A DNA stretch of 60,534 nucleotides from positions 86,786,678 to 86,847,211 of the forward strand of contig NC_068983.1 in NCBI RefSeq assembly GCF_001194135.2. The letters are read 5' to 3'. The position numbers and the translations under genes are program-made. The DNA comes from Octopus bimaculoides (taxonomy: Eukaryota). Shown here piece after piece: positions 37,440 through 49,622 of this stretch. Under the pieces are notes generated by a model. It was not told the origin of the DNA and did no database searches. It saw only the letters and a program-made list of their open reading frames with translations. Numbering within the stretch: position 1 is the first letter of the stretch; each line of letters begins with the position of its first letter.

Positions 37440-39110
37440 AGTGGAATCCAAAAATACAAAATTGGTAACATTCTGAAAAAGAGAAAAGTACAGATTTAGA
37501 ATACTGCGTCCCAGTAAAAACAAAGAAAGAAGTTTCAGAAGGTTCGATACAAATTAGAAGGCTATCCTACCAACCTCAAAACACGTCACCCTGGCTGAAC
37601 ATCTTGTCTAGATCTATACAACTCGGTCGACATATTTGTCAACAAGTGCATCTTCAGTTATAAAAAATATTCGGTACAGGATTTTAATTCTTTATCAAAA
37701 ATCGTTACTCACTAGAAATTTTTCCAAGGGATGACATCATCATCAAGATGGTCGATATGAGCAGCATTGTGTTTTGTTTTCTTTTTCTGTAATCCTCTAC
37801 AGTAAGAAGTGCCCAACATTCTCTTCAGCAAACTACCTGTGGACTTTACAAACCGGAATCAGAAACAAGTTTCTATCATCACACACGAATTCAACTTTTC
37901 TAACTCGTTCTAACTCGCTTCTCCTCATCGTCACTAACTAACCTCATCATAAGTACATCTCTCACCTCCAAGATATATTTTCTTTTCAAAACCTACAAAA
38001 CCGACGATCCCGGCAACCCTCTCATTTCCACCGAACTCCTCTTGAAGGAACCTCAAAAAACAAAGACCACACGTCTGCGTCTTACTAACGCATTAAGAAT
38101 ACCAACCATGCCCCGTCAACTCGTTCTTTTTTTCTCCAGGGATATATAATATATACATTATATATTTATATTCACTATTTAATTCAAATCACTCTACACA
38201 ATTCTCCCATACAGCAACGGTCCATCAGCCCTTAAGCAATTCCTCGACCATTACCCTTACTCGTACCTTATACCATTACCATCCTCCTCTTCCCTAGCGA
38301 AACTCGTCCTCAAACTCAATTACTTTCCTTTCTCTGAGGAGTTTCATAACAGTTCCACAGGGCTGCTATGAGCAATATGATGGGCCCAAAGCGTTTTTTT
38401 TTTTTTTTTTTATGCCACATTAAGTCGCAGATCTTTTTGCTCAGTCCACTAGGCTCATCCCTAAACTGAACGGTCACTATATTGATTATTGGAATGGCAC
38501 CAAACAGTAATCCGTTACCGTCACCTTTTATGCTACTTCAGATCATTCTTCTCTAGAATTCACCATATCTGATACCGCGTCAACTTCCTAGCAAAGTCTG
38601 TCACTACCTACAACATCCATCCGACCAATCCCGTCTGGTACAATTCCACTGACACCTGCTCTCTTCTCCACTATTCCTTCTTTTTATTCCAGGCACACCC
38701 AATCTATTCACCTATTCAATTTCTCCGATTTCACTGGTTATGCACCAATGATTTGCCCTCCAATTCAAGAAATGCGTTACTTCTTCAATAGAGGGTACTT
38801 TTAATTAGTTGTGCATCTGGCACTGAACTACCACTCCTATTTTATCCTACATAGGCACAGCTACATACTGATTATCACTGTCCTTCACCTTCTATCCAGC
38901 CACCCTATCATTAAAGCACACACTCATCTGCAACTTCCATTTTCTATTTTCTGACCCTGTAACGGCTCTGATCTATCCTACACCAACTCATCTCTCCTTC
39001 AGTAGAGATAAGCATCGCTGCAACCTTTTAAATAAAAACTCCTTGTCTCCCAACTACTTCCTACTAGGTACTTTCAAACGCACTGGTCGCATACTCTACA
39101 TTAGTTCCTA
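37440..39110 (+). mobile_element. Penelope-like element fossil, old
   Basis: DIFVNKC, DDIIIKMVD (KPADKG region), SETSFY, SKIYFLFKTYKTDDPGNP, ALKQFLDH...LVLKLNYF...MMGP and GTFK, colinear with the PLE at 44560-46950. Confidence 0.75.
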
Positions 39111-39117
39111 TATATAT

Positions 39118-39482
39118 GCTTGCTTACTTCATGCTCTTGCTTGATGGGGCTGCGGTCATCCCAGATTTGTGGTCCCAGAGACGTCATGATGCGTCGAGCC
39201 GACCAGGTCCACCAGTGTTCTCTATCGCTGGTGGCCACGTGCCAACCCCTCTGCATACACCAAGGTGACGTCGAGCCTCTGGAGAGCTTCCCTAATCACC
39301 GCCAGCCATTTGGTACGGGTCCTGCCACGAGGCCTCTTCCAACGTGCAGCTTCTGCATCGAATGAGAGTAAAGCCCTGGTAGGATAATCTAGCGGAAGAC
39401 AGAGGACATATCCGTACCAGCGCATGCAATGGATAACTATAAGATAGGAGGTTGCGGGCTGATGCGTGCGCGCATGCAGCAC
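39118..39482 (-). mobile_element. RTE-like LINE 3' end
   Basis: MRWYGYVLCLPLDYPTRALL...WKRPRGRTRTKWLAVIREAL...LARGHQRW, followed by a short AAGC/AAGT tail. Confidence 0.8.
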
Positions 39483-39577
39483 CTATTTATGCAACATCAC
39501 AAATAATCCCCAATCCTAAAATCCCAGTACGAAACCACCACCCAAAACTTCAGCTACACGCCTCAACATTACATACT

Positions 39578-39912
39578 TAAAAGGCGCATTCCGTCGGTTA
39601 CGACGACGAGGGTCTCAGCTGATACGATCAACGGAACAGCCTGCACTTAACGTGAAATTAACGTCCAAGTGACTGAGCAATCCACAGACACGTGTACCCC
39701 TAATATAGTTTTCAGGGAGATTCAGCGTGACACAAAGTGTGAAAAGGCTGGTCATTTGAAATACAGGTAGTACTCATTTTTGCCAACTGAGTGGACTGGA
39801 GCAACGTGAAATAAAGTGCCATGCTCAAGGACACAACGCGTCGCCGGTAATCGAACTCGCGACCTTACGATCGTGAGCCGAATGCCCTAACCACGAAGCC
39901 ACGCGCCTTCAC
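39578..39912 (-). mobile_element. tRNA-derived SINE, family C1
   Basis: A box TGGCTTCGTGG, B box AGTTCGATTACC, CORE-like TTGTGTCCTTGAGCATGGCACTT, and the 3' tail shared with 56687-57062. Confidence 0.9.
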
Positions 39913-40124
39913 GTACTACATTATATGCAAACTCTCTGGTGCCGTTTATGTTGATGAAACACATTTTCGCTTGAGCGATCGCTTCGACGAGCACACTCGC
40001 AGCATTCTGCATCGCAGTCCGGGCCAACTTATGGCCTGCCACTTGAATACATTAAGCCACTTTATTTGCCACATCCCAGCAGCTATCATTTCCGTTCACT
40101 AGATGTGTAGGGAGGTATATCCTT

Positions 40125-40495
40125 ATATATCTTTTACTTGTTTCAGTCATTAGGCTGTGGTTATACTGGGCTTTCTCTTTGAAGGGTTTAGTCGTAGAAA
40201 TTGACACCAGTATTTATTTTTTAAGTCTCGTACTTATTCTACCGGCGTATAATTTAAACAAATTAACAGCGGTTGTCAAGTTGTAGGTTATGGAACAAGC
40301 ACAAACACAAATACACACACTCACATACATATATACATATATACGACGGCTTCTACACAGTTTCCGCCTGTCAAATCCACTCGCAAAGCGTAAGTCAACC
40401 TAGGGCTATACATATGCCGCGCAGTGAGATTAAGCCTAAAATCACGTGATTGCGAAGCGAACTATTTACTCACACATCCACGCCTGCGCCTATAT
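40125..40495 (-). mobile_element. SINE family A, degenerate full length
   Basis: TTTCAGTCATTAGGCTGTGG...CAGTTTCCGCCTGTCAAATCCACTCGCAAAG...TTTACTCACACATCCAC. Confidence 0.75.
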
Positions 40496-40614
40496 ACGCA
40501 TTATAAATTCATAAGTTTACATATATTCATAAATATACACATATATTTTCTTCAGAAAATACATACAGGCAGGCAGGCATACACACACTACACACACGCA
40601 CGCGCACACGTGTA

Positions 40615-40850
40615 AAATGTCAGTACCAGTTGAGTACTGAAGTCGATATAATCGACTTTTCCCTCCCCTCAAAAACTGCTGGCTTCGTACCAAATTTAGA
40701 AAGAATATTGATACGTAAGACAGTGGATTAACAGAATTAGTAAAGCGTCAGATATGATAAAATGCTTAGTGACATTTAATTAAATACTTTTAACGTTCTG
40801 AGTTTAAATTCAACCAGATCAATTTCCGGGACTCAATTAAGTATCACTCA
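40615..40850 (+). mobile_element. Two SINE B fragments (3' part followed by a degenerate 5' part)
   Basis: AGTACCAGTTGAGTACTGAAGTCGATATAATCGAC and ACGTTCTGAGTTTAAATTC. Confidence 0.6.
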
Positions 40851-41264
40851 ATTACTATTTTTAGAATTGATAATATTCTCCACCACTACCCATCTCCCAC
40901 CCTACTATCACCAAAATGCATGACTTGTGCCTGTGCATGAATTCAATATTTATTAAATTAATGTAAATATATGTCTCAGAAAATGATAATACAACGTACA
41001 ATAATAGTTGATTGACTGTTGTACGAAAAAAATCAACCTGCAAGTGTAATATTAATGATGACTGTACAAACAAACCACTTGGATTTACAAATACAAATTA
41101 AATTTTCAACAAAAATTTCACGAGAAATTTCTACAATAGTACTCACACTTTTGTAAAATGTATTGTGCATGCATTATAACTTATGTAGCAACATTATTAC
41201 ATAGTCAAACACATTGTAACATTGCTTATTTGGTCATTGTACTAGAACCTTTATCAATTCATAA

Positions 41265-41520
41265 CTTATGTTCAAAGTATGCATTACCGGAAGATCTTGG
41301 AAGGTCTAGTATCCGACTTTGGGATTGAAAGCTACACCATTCGCCAGACTGGATGCCATTGCAAAGCACTAAAAATCCCACCATCTCCATCCAGAGTAAG
41401 AACTCGATACTGTAACAGCTGAGTTCAAAAGCCCACAAATTTTCAATGCTCTGCCAAAACCCCACAGAGATCACTGCCAAAAGGACACAGAGATCCATGA
41501 GGTATAGATGCGAACAACAA
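41265..41520 (+). mobile_element. CR1/Jockey-group LINE C-terminal fragment
   Basis: KILEGLVSDFGIESY...GCHCKALKIPPSPSRVRTRYCNS..FKSPQIFNALPK. Confidence 0.7.
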
Positions 41521-41634
41521 TCGGACAAATATTTATTTAATGTAGCGTATGAGCCTACATCACATCAAGAAACGCAAAGAAGGGTAGCTCTGTCCAATCC
41601 ACTATTTCATCAAGACTGATTTCTGTAGGTAGAT

Positions 41635-41860
41635 AACTTTCTTTTATTGGCCACACAGGGCTGCACACAGAGGGGACAAATGCAATTGTAGAGCTTTTCT
41701 TTTAGAAAAAAAAAATTCTGATCAAAAGGGATCGGTAGAAGAAAAAAAAGTCAAAAGGGATCGTGTATCACAGAAAATGTTTAAGGTGTAAAAAAGTAAC
41801 ATTAGTCTTATCCATGGAGAGAAAAGCCTACGGAAAAGACCACGGTAACCTCACCAGGGA
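41635..41860 (-). mobile_element. 3' UTR/terminus of a retroelement (possibly Tx1-type)
   Basis: Minus strand ends TTTGTCCCCTCTGTGTGCAGCCCTGTGTGGCCAATAAAAGAAA (polyA-signal-like), shared with the SINE B variant at 26945. The Tx1 assignment is from recall only. Confidence 0.45.
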
Positions 41861-41882
41861 ATAGACACATGAGAGCAAGGTG

Positions 41883-41948
<66 letters not shown>

Positions 41949-42649
41949 ATTTTTCTCGGGATAGATAGATAGATACATTTAAAAGAATGGCAGCGACTTC
42001 GAAATTCGACCAAAACTGGTTTCTCAAGGTGTGTTGGAATGATAGAAATTTGTCATATACTTCGTATATAAAGGTTAGAATAACGTTTCCCATGCATTTG
42101 TTGGTCAAGTACGCCCTAGATGACAAGTTGAATCGGCCAACAGCCTTCCAGAAGAGAGTTTAAAATAAACAAGCATTGGCGCAAATTACGGTGCCCCAGC
42201 ATAGCCACAAGTAGTATAATAATAGAGTAACTTAAGCCTTGTCTATATAACACTCTCTTATAATTTAGAATGAACCACGACTATAATAGCCTCCTTTCAA
42301 TTAACATTATATATTTCTAGACGTATTTCTTGTCTAATTACATTTTCCGTTGTCCTTTCACTACCAAAGATATTTCTTTCATTCAATATTTCCATTCAAT
42401 ATTATTGGTGTATATTGTAATTCAATACATTTATAACAATTTATAATTTACTTTATTAGACAACTCATATCAGCTTACATTAGTTTGTCCTTTGACATTG
42501 TATTTAGCAACTTAATTTTGTAAACACCTAAATATTAAAGTACCTTATTTACTGTTCCTAACAACTAATCAGTTGATCTTTTCTACCAAATAACTATACA
42601 CACACACAAACAAATACATTCATACACATACACACACACACGCACATGT

Positions 42650-42690
<41 letters not shown>

Positions 42691-42857
42691 NNNNNNNNNN
42701 NNNNNNNNNNNNNNNNNNNNNNNNNNNNNNNNNNNNNNNNNNNNNNNNNNNNNNNNNNNNNNNNNNNNNNNNNNNNNNNNNNNNNNNNNNNNNNNNNNNN
42801 NNNNNNNNNNNNNNNNNNNNNNNNNNNNNNNNNNNNATATATACATATACATATATA

Positions 42858-42892
<35 letters not shown>

Positions 42893-42979
42893 TTTTTGCC
42901 AAATAAACACACGCACTATATATTTTTTATTCACTCGTTTATTACTGTTCTTATTTTATTATTTTAACTCACGTCCCTT

Positions 42980-43024
42980 GTCCGGAAATCTTTCGACACA
43001 CATCTGTGGCCTCTTCAGCGACGT
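42980..43024 (-). ncRNA. Minimal type I hammerhead ribozyme motif (orphan)
   Basis: Minus strand: ACGTCG-CTGAAGA-GGCCACAGATGTGTGTC-GAAA-GATT-TC-CGGAC. Canonical core nucleotides are present and helices I and II can form. Confidence 0.5.
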
Positions 43025-43064
43025 TTTTCGTTTTCGTGTGTGTTCTTGCTCCACTTCTTCTAAG

Positions 43065-43320
43065 AACACCTTATGGACATGCTGGAGCACTGCCTTTAGT
43101 CGAGAAAATCGATCCAGGACTTATTCTTTGTAAGCCTAGTACTTATTCGATCGGTGTCTTTTGCCGAACCACTAAATTACGGGGACGTAAACACACCTGC
43201 ATCGGTTGTCAAGCGATGTTGGGGGGTGGGACAAACACACACACACACACACACACACATACACAGACATACACGCATACACACGCACACAACATACACA
43301 CACGCACACACACATGTTCG
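43065..43320 (-). mobile_element. SINE family A, 3' half
   Basis: CATGCTGGAGCACTGCCTTTAGTCGAG...GTTGTCAAGCGATGTTGGGGG followed by (CA)n. Confidence 0.85.
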
Positions 43321-44559
43321 TTTCTCTTTCTGTCTTCTGCAATTTTATTTTTGATCTATATATATGAAGATTTTTCCTCCGTCTGGCTGTTTTTCTCTCT
43401 ACAAAACAGAAAGTTACATTGTGGAACTGTCATTTTAACGAGTTGTTTTATTTATTTATCACCCGACGAGATAAATCTGCACCACTAGATGCTCCTGAAC
43501 TAGTTGTTGAGTGTCCCACCAGAGGAATCTATGCTAAACGTATTGAAACAATTGTCGTGATTAATAAATTCTCGTATATTCCATCTTCTGTCTTTCATTT
43601 GTTTTATATNNNNNNNNNNNNNNNNNNNNNNNNNNNNNNNNNNNNNNNNNNNNNNNNNNNNNNNNNNNNNNNNNNNNNNNNNNNNNNNNNNNNNNNNNNN
43701 NNNNNNNNNNNNNNNNNNNNNNNNNNNNNNNNNNNNNNNNNNNNNNNNNNNNNNNNNNNNNNNNNNNNNNNNNNNNNNNNNNNNNNNNNNNNNNNNNNNN
43801 NNNNNNNNNNNNNNNNNNNNNNNNNNNNNNNNNNNNNNNNNNNNNNNNNNNNNNNNNNNNNNNNNNNNNNNNNNNNNNNNNNNNNNNNNNNNNNNNNNNN
43901 NNNNNNNNNNNNNNNNNNNNNNNNNNNNNNNNNNNNNNNNNNNNNNNNNNNNNNNNNNNNNNNNNNNNNNNNNNNNNNNNNNNNNNNNNNNNNNNNNNNN
44001 NNNNNNNNNNNNNNNNNNNNNNNNNNNNNNNNNNNNNNNNNNNNNNNNNNNNNNNNNNNNNNNNNNNNNNNNNNNNNNNNNNNNNNNNNNNNNNNNNNNN
44101 NNNNNNNNNNNNNNNNNNNNNNNNNNNNNNNNNNNNNNNNNNNNNNNNNNNNNNNNNNNNNNNNNNNNNNNNNNNNNNNNNNNNNNNNNNNNNNNNNNNN
44201 NNNNNNNNNNNNNNNNNNNNNNNNNNNNNNNNNNNNNNNNNNNNNNNNNNNNNNNNNNNNNNNNNNNNNNNNNNNNNNNNNNNNNNNNNNNNNNNNNNNN
44301 NNNNNNNNNNNNNNNNNNNNNNNNNNNNNNNNNNNNNNNNNNNNNNNNNNNNNNNNNNNNNNNNNNNNNNNNNNNNNNNNNNNNNNNNNNNNNNNNNNNN
44401 NNNNNNNNNNNNNNNNNNNNNNNNNNNNNNNNNNNNNNNNNNNNNNNNNNNNNNNNNNNNNNNNNNNNNNNNNNNNNNNNNNNNNNNNAGGAAGGACAAC
44501 AAAAGAAAGAGACTTCGATATTATGTAAATAGAGAAATTTATCTGTAAAAATATGTGAC

Positions 44560-46950
44560 ACTTATTCGGTAGCCATGATAAAACGAAACAAAAGACGAAG
44601 ACGGGTGTGTAAACAATAAACAGATGTATTAGTTTAACACTCGGGTAGTGAGAAAGTCTTTTACGTTTCGAGCCTACGCTCTTCAGCAGAAAGGAACACA
44701 GAAATAAACAGAGAAAATAAAAAAGGTTTAGTGGCTAGCGATCAATCATGGCGAAGGACAGAGGTGGTCAGACAGGAAGCTAGGAAGAAGGGGAGATAAT
44801 GAAGTAGTGGTGATCCCAAAACGAAGGTGCACGTGCGTATATATGTGCATGTGGATAGGGTCTAGTGACCTTGACGTGTGCGTGTATGCACGTGTAGTTG
44901 TGTGGATGATGGTGTGGGTGCTGGGAAGTGGTCAGTGCTAGTGTGTGCGGCGAGGTGTGTTGTGGTGTGGTGCGTGGTATGGTGGTGTGTGGTACGGTGG
45001 TGTATGGTGTGGTGTGGGTTGGGGTGATAGTGCAGTATGTGTAAGGGTGGGGTGTGGTATGTGGGAGTAGAATGTGTGGGATGGGGTGGGGTGAGATGGG
45101 ATTTATAGGATGTTAGGGTTGGAATGTGTAGGGTGGTAACGATGGAGAGGTGACGATGAAGGGAGAGGGTGGAAGGGAGAAGGTGGGTAGAAGTGAAGAG
45201 AGGAAGTAGGTGTCAAGGCAAGAGAGGAAAGGAGAGGTGGATGGGCGTGAAGAGAAGAAGTAGGTGTGAGAGGAAGAGAGGAGAGAGGATGGGTTAGAAG
45301 AAGAGGGGAGGAGAGTTGAGCCCATGTGGCGCAAATGAGTGAAGAGAGAAGATTAATTCCTGTTCACGGCGAAGACGGGAGTCCGGATGGCCCCTGTGCG
45401 AGAACAATCCGAACACAGACAGGTGTTGTAAAGAATGACCGGTAGAGCGAAATGGCACGAGACCAGGGTGTCGTAGCTGAGTCTGATATCTCGGAGGTGT
45501 TCCGCGNNNNNNNNNNNNNNNNNNNNNNNNNNNNNNNNNNNNNNNNNNNNNNNNNNNNNNNNNNNNNNNNNNNNNNNNNNNNNNNNNNNNNNNNNNNNNN
45601 NNNNNNNNNNNNNNNNNNNNNNNNNNNNNNNNNNNNNNNNNNNNNNNNNNNNNNNNNNNNNNNNNNNNNNNNNNNNNNNNNNNNNNNNNNNNNNNNNNNN
45701 NNNNNNNNNNNNNNNNNNNNNNNNNNNNNNNNNNNNNNNNNNNNNNNNNNNNNNNNNNNNNNNNNNNNNNNNNNNNNNNNNNNNNNNNNNNNNNNNNNNN
45801 NNNNNNNNNNNNNNNNNNNNNNNNNNNNNNNNNNNNNNNNNNNNNNNNNNNNNNNNNNNNNNNNNNNNNNNNNNNNNNNNNNNNNNNNNNNNNNNNNNNN
45901 NNNNNNNNNNNGGAGGGGTGGTAGGTGAGGGGAAACGGGAGACGGGTGACGGTGGGGTGGGTGCAGGGGAGAGAGAGCACATGCACGGTCCACGGAACGT
46001 GCTCTGGCAAGGGCGGTATGGATAGTGGTGAGGGGATATCCACGTAGGATGAAGTGGCGAGCCATGAGTTGAGACTGAGTCTCAAAGTCATGGTTGTCAC
46101 TGCAGAACCTGCGCAGCCGGAGGACTTGGGAATAGGGGATAGAGAGCTTGGTGCGTTTAGGGTGGGAGGAGGAGAAGTTGAGGTATGAGTGTGAGTCTGT
46201 GTGTTTGTAGTGGATGGAGATGGTGAGAGTGGAGTGATAAATGCTGGCCGAAATGTCGAGAAAGGCGACGGAAGTGTTGGAAATAGTACAGAAGTGGAGG
46301 GCAGGATGGAAAGATTTGACGAAAAAGAGGAAGGAGTCTAGATGTCCGTGGGAGAGTGAGGTTGGGGGTTTGGTCGAAAGTAAAGGTAGTGTTGGAGTGC
46401 ACGGAGCCCCTCGTGGTGAGGGATCACCGTGTATAGATTCTTGATGTCAAGAGTGAAGAGAAGTTTAGAGGGCCAGGAAGGAAGGAGAAAGAGTTGAACA
46501 GACGAAGAGCATGGTTGGTGTCATGGATGTGAGAGGGGAGGGAAGCCACTGTGGGGGGCAAGGACATGGTCAAGATATTTGGAGATGAGTTCGGTGGGGC
46601 AGTTGCAGGCGGAGACGATGGGGCGGCCAGGGTTGTTAAGTTTGTGGATTTTGGAGAGGAAGTAATGAGGATGGAGACAATGAGGATGGAGGCGGTGGTG
46701 AGAGACGGAAGGAGGAGATGAGGTCATGGACAGTGGAGGACACCCTCTGTTGGTAGCTGGTCGTGGGGTTGGAGGACAGAGGGCAGTAGAAGGAGGTGTC
46801 TTGAAGTTGGCGGTGGGTTTCGGCCTTGTAGAGGTCTGCGCACCACACCACCGCGCCTCCACCCTTGTTGGCCGGTTTTATGATGATGCCTTTGCGGCGT
46901 CGGAGACATCGAAGGGCCGAGAGTTCGGACACACACACACATCGATCACT
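44560..46950 (-). mobile_element. Penelope-like element (RT, GIY-YIG, terminal region), disrupted and gap-containing
   Basis: [65 protein letters not shown] and the GIY-YIG C-terminus AEHLRDI...HF..TGHS...EQELIFSL..FAPHGLN. Confidence 0.92.
44656..44694 (-). ncRNA. Minimal hammerhead ribozyme motif in the PLE terminal region
   Basis: Minus strand: CTTT-CTGCTGA-A-GAGC-GTAG-GCTC-GAA-ACGT-A-AAAG. Perfect 4-bp helix II, palindromic ACGT stem III, GUA cleavage triplet, 4-bp helix I; core position 6 reads C instead of A. Confidence 0.65.
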
Positions 46951-47720
46951 TCCCTCCCCTCTCTCCTTCACTCCTCTTTCTCTCTTTCTTTCTTTCTCTT
47001 TCACTCTCCCTTTCTTTCTTTATCTCTCTTTCACTCTTTCTCGCTCCCTTTCTCTCTCTCTCTATTGCTCTAACTTTCCTCACCACCATCATTCCGTAAA
47101 TGTCACCACCAACATTATCAACATATTCACCACCATCACCACCACCACCACCATAAATTAGCATTTCCATCGCAACTAATTCAACCATCACTACCATCAC
47201 CACCACCACTACCACTGGCGCTACTACCACCAGCACTATTATTACTAACACCACTATTATGCTGTCACTACTCATGATGCGTTCAATACCGTCACGACTA
47301 CCACAAGTACTTTCTCCATAACTACCACCACTACCACCGCTACCACCGCTACCACCAATACTACTATTACGAACGCTCCTGTGATACTGATACTATCACC
47401 GCCACTAATACAATTAGCACCACTTGTACCACCATCAGATAGGAGATACAAACGCCTCAGACGCGCGCCGCGCACACACACACGCACACACACACACACG
47501 CACACGCACACACACACACACACCAATACTACCACCTTATCCACTTCCACCACCTCTACAACTGCCAATACCATCATACCACATTGGTACAACTACTACC
47601 AACACCACTACATTAGCAATAACAATGCTACTATAGCGACAGTGTTCCTACTATTATACTATCACCAACACTACCACCACCACTAACACTACCACCGCTT
47701 CTAACACCATTACAACTGAT
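46950..47720. repeat. (CA)n, (CT)n and degenerate (CAC/TAC)n low-complexity region
   Basis: Directly visible. Confidence 0.9.
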
Positions 47721-47754
47721 TGCACAGCTGTACGAGCCAACGAGGGAGATTATA

Positions 47755-48407
47755 TGGTCCCTCAACCAGCTAGAAATAGCAGCCAAATCTCCTTTAAATT
47801 ACAAACTTCACTCACCCACCCCAACCGCTTCAGAAAAGGACACATTGGTGGATGTGATCTAAGGTTTCTTGCAAGTAAGTAAAAAGATAGGATGGTGGTC
47901 ACGGCTTGAGTGTATTTATAAATATCTACGATCATGGATGACTTAACGACAATGTGGTCCTTCGACCAGGTAGAAATAGTAGCCAAATTCCCCCACCACC
48001 ACCAGACATAGAAAAGAACATATTGGTTGATGTGATCTCATGTTTCCGGCAAGTAAGTAAAAAGATAGGATGGTAGTCACGGTTGGAGTGTATTTAATCA
48101 TAAATATGAACGATCATGGATGACCTCAGACTGAATGAAAATCAGTGTGCTCTATCGACCAGCTAGAAATAGCAGCCAAATCTCTCGTAAATCACAAATC
48201 TCACACACTCACACACTCACACACACACACACACACACACAGCCTTAGAAAAGAACACATTGATTACTATGATAACACGTTCCCTGCAAATAGGTAAAAA
48301 GGTGGGATGGTAGTCATGGTTGGAGTGCTTTTTATTATAAATATGTATGATCATGGATGGGCTTAGACTGAGAAACAATCAATGTGGTCTCCTGACCAGC
48401 TAGAAAT
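47755..48407 (+). repeat. Tandem array of three and a bit family D units (about 190-240 bp)
   Basis: Units start at about 47755, 47955, 48146 and 48385, each with ACCAGCTAGAAATAGCAGCCAAAT...GTAAAAAGATAGGATGGT...GATCATGGATG. Confidence 0.9.
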
Positions 48408-48682
48408 ATGGCGTGGTTTTGTGGTAAGAAGTTTGCTTCCCATCCACATGGTTTTGGGTTCAGTTCCCCTGCGTGGCACCTTGGGCAAGTGTCTTCTACT
48501 ATAGCTTCGAGCCAACCAAAGCTTTGCGAGTGGGTTTGGATTGTGTGTATGTGTGTGTGTGTATGTGTCTCACTCTTTCTCTCTCTCTGTCTGAATTTGT
48601 CCCCCCCCCCGCCCACCATCACCGCTTGACAACTGGTGCTTGGTGTGTTTATGACCCCGTAACTTAGCGGTTCGGCGAAAAA
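48408..48682 (+). mobile_element. SINE family A, truncated by a gap
   Basis: TGTGGTAAGAAGTTTGCTTCC...GGCACCTTGGGCAAGTGTCTTCTACTATAGC...CCCGTAACTTAGCGGTTCGGC. Confidence 0.9.
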
Positions 48683-49622
48683 NNNNNNNNNNNNNNNNNN
48701 NNNNNNNNNNNNNNNNNNNNNNNNNNNNNNNNNNNNNNNNNNNNNNNNNNNNNNNNNNNNNNNNNNNNNNNNNNNNNNNNNNNNNNNNNNNNNNNNNNNN
48801 NNNNNNNNNNNNNNNNNNNNNNNNNNNNNNNNNNNNNNNNNNNNNNNNNNNNNNNNNNNNNNNNNNNNNNNNNNNNNNNNNNNNNNNNNNNNNNNNNNNN
48901 NNNNNNNNNNNNNNNNNNNNNNNNNNNNNNNNNNNNNNNNNNNNNNNNNNNNNNNNNNNNNNNNNNNNNNNNNNNNNNNNNNNNNNNNNNNNNNNNNNNN
49001 NNNNNNNNNNNNNNNNNNNNNNNNNNNNNNNNNNNNNNNNNNNNNNNNNNNNNNNNNNNNNNNNNNNNNNNNNNNNNNNNNNNNNNNNNNNNNNNNNNNN
49101 NNNNNNNNNNNNNNNNNNNNNNNNNNNNNNNNNNNNNNNNNNNNNNNNNNNNNNNNNNNNNNNNNNNNNNNNNNNNNNNNNNNNNNNNNNNNNNNNNNNN
49201 NNNNNNNNNNNNNNNNNNNNNNNNNNNNNNNNNNNNNNNNNNNNNNNNNNNNNNNNNNNNNNNNNNNNNNNNNNNNNNNNNNNNNNNNNNNNNNNNNNNN
49301 NNNNNNNNNNNNNNNNNNNNNNNNNNNNNNNNNNNNNNNNNNNNNNNNNNNNNNNNNNNNNNNNNNNNNNNNNNNNNNNNNNNNNNNNNNNNNNNNNNNN
49401 NNNNNNNNNNNNNNNNNNNNNNNNNNNNNNNNNNNNNNNNNNNNNNNNNNNNNNNNNNNNNNNNNNNNNNNNNNNNNNNNNNNNNNNNNNNNNNNNNNNN
49501 NNNNNNNNNNNNNNNNNNNNNNNNNNNNNNNNNNNNNNNNNNNNNNNNNNNNNNNNNNNNNNNNNNNNNNNNNNNNNNNNNNNNNNNNNNNNNNNNNNNN
49601 NNNNNNNNNNNNNNNNNNNNNN

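Noticed and set aside
37713-37796. Apparent 84-nt phase-symmetric minus-strand exon (GLQKKKTKHNAAHIDHLDDDVIPWKNF)
   Set aside because: It is the antisense of the plus-strand Penelope fossil (DDIIIK..D..V and SETSFY are colinear there).
39840-39912. tRNA genes at SINE heads (also 56687 and 60156)
   Set aside because: A and B boxes are present, but the acceptor stems are not complete and the sequence runs into SINE bodies.
47755-48407. CRISPR-like array
   Set aside because: Units are about 200-bp whole-length homologues with no unique spacers, in a eukaryotic context with no cas genes.
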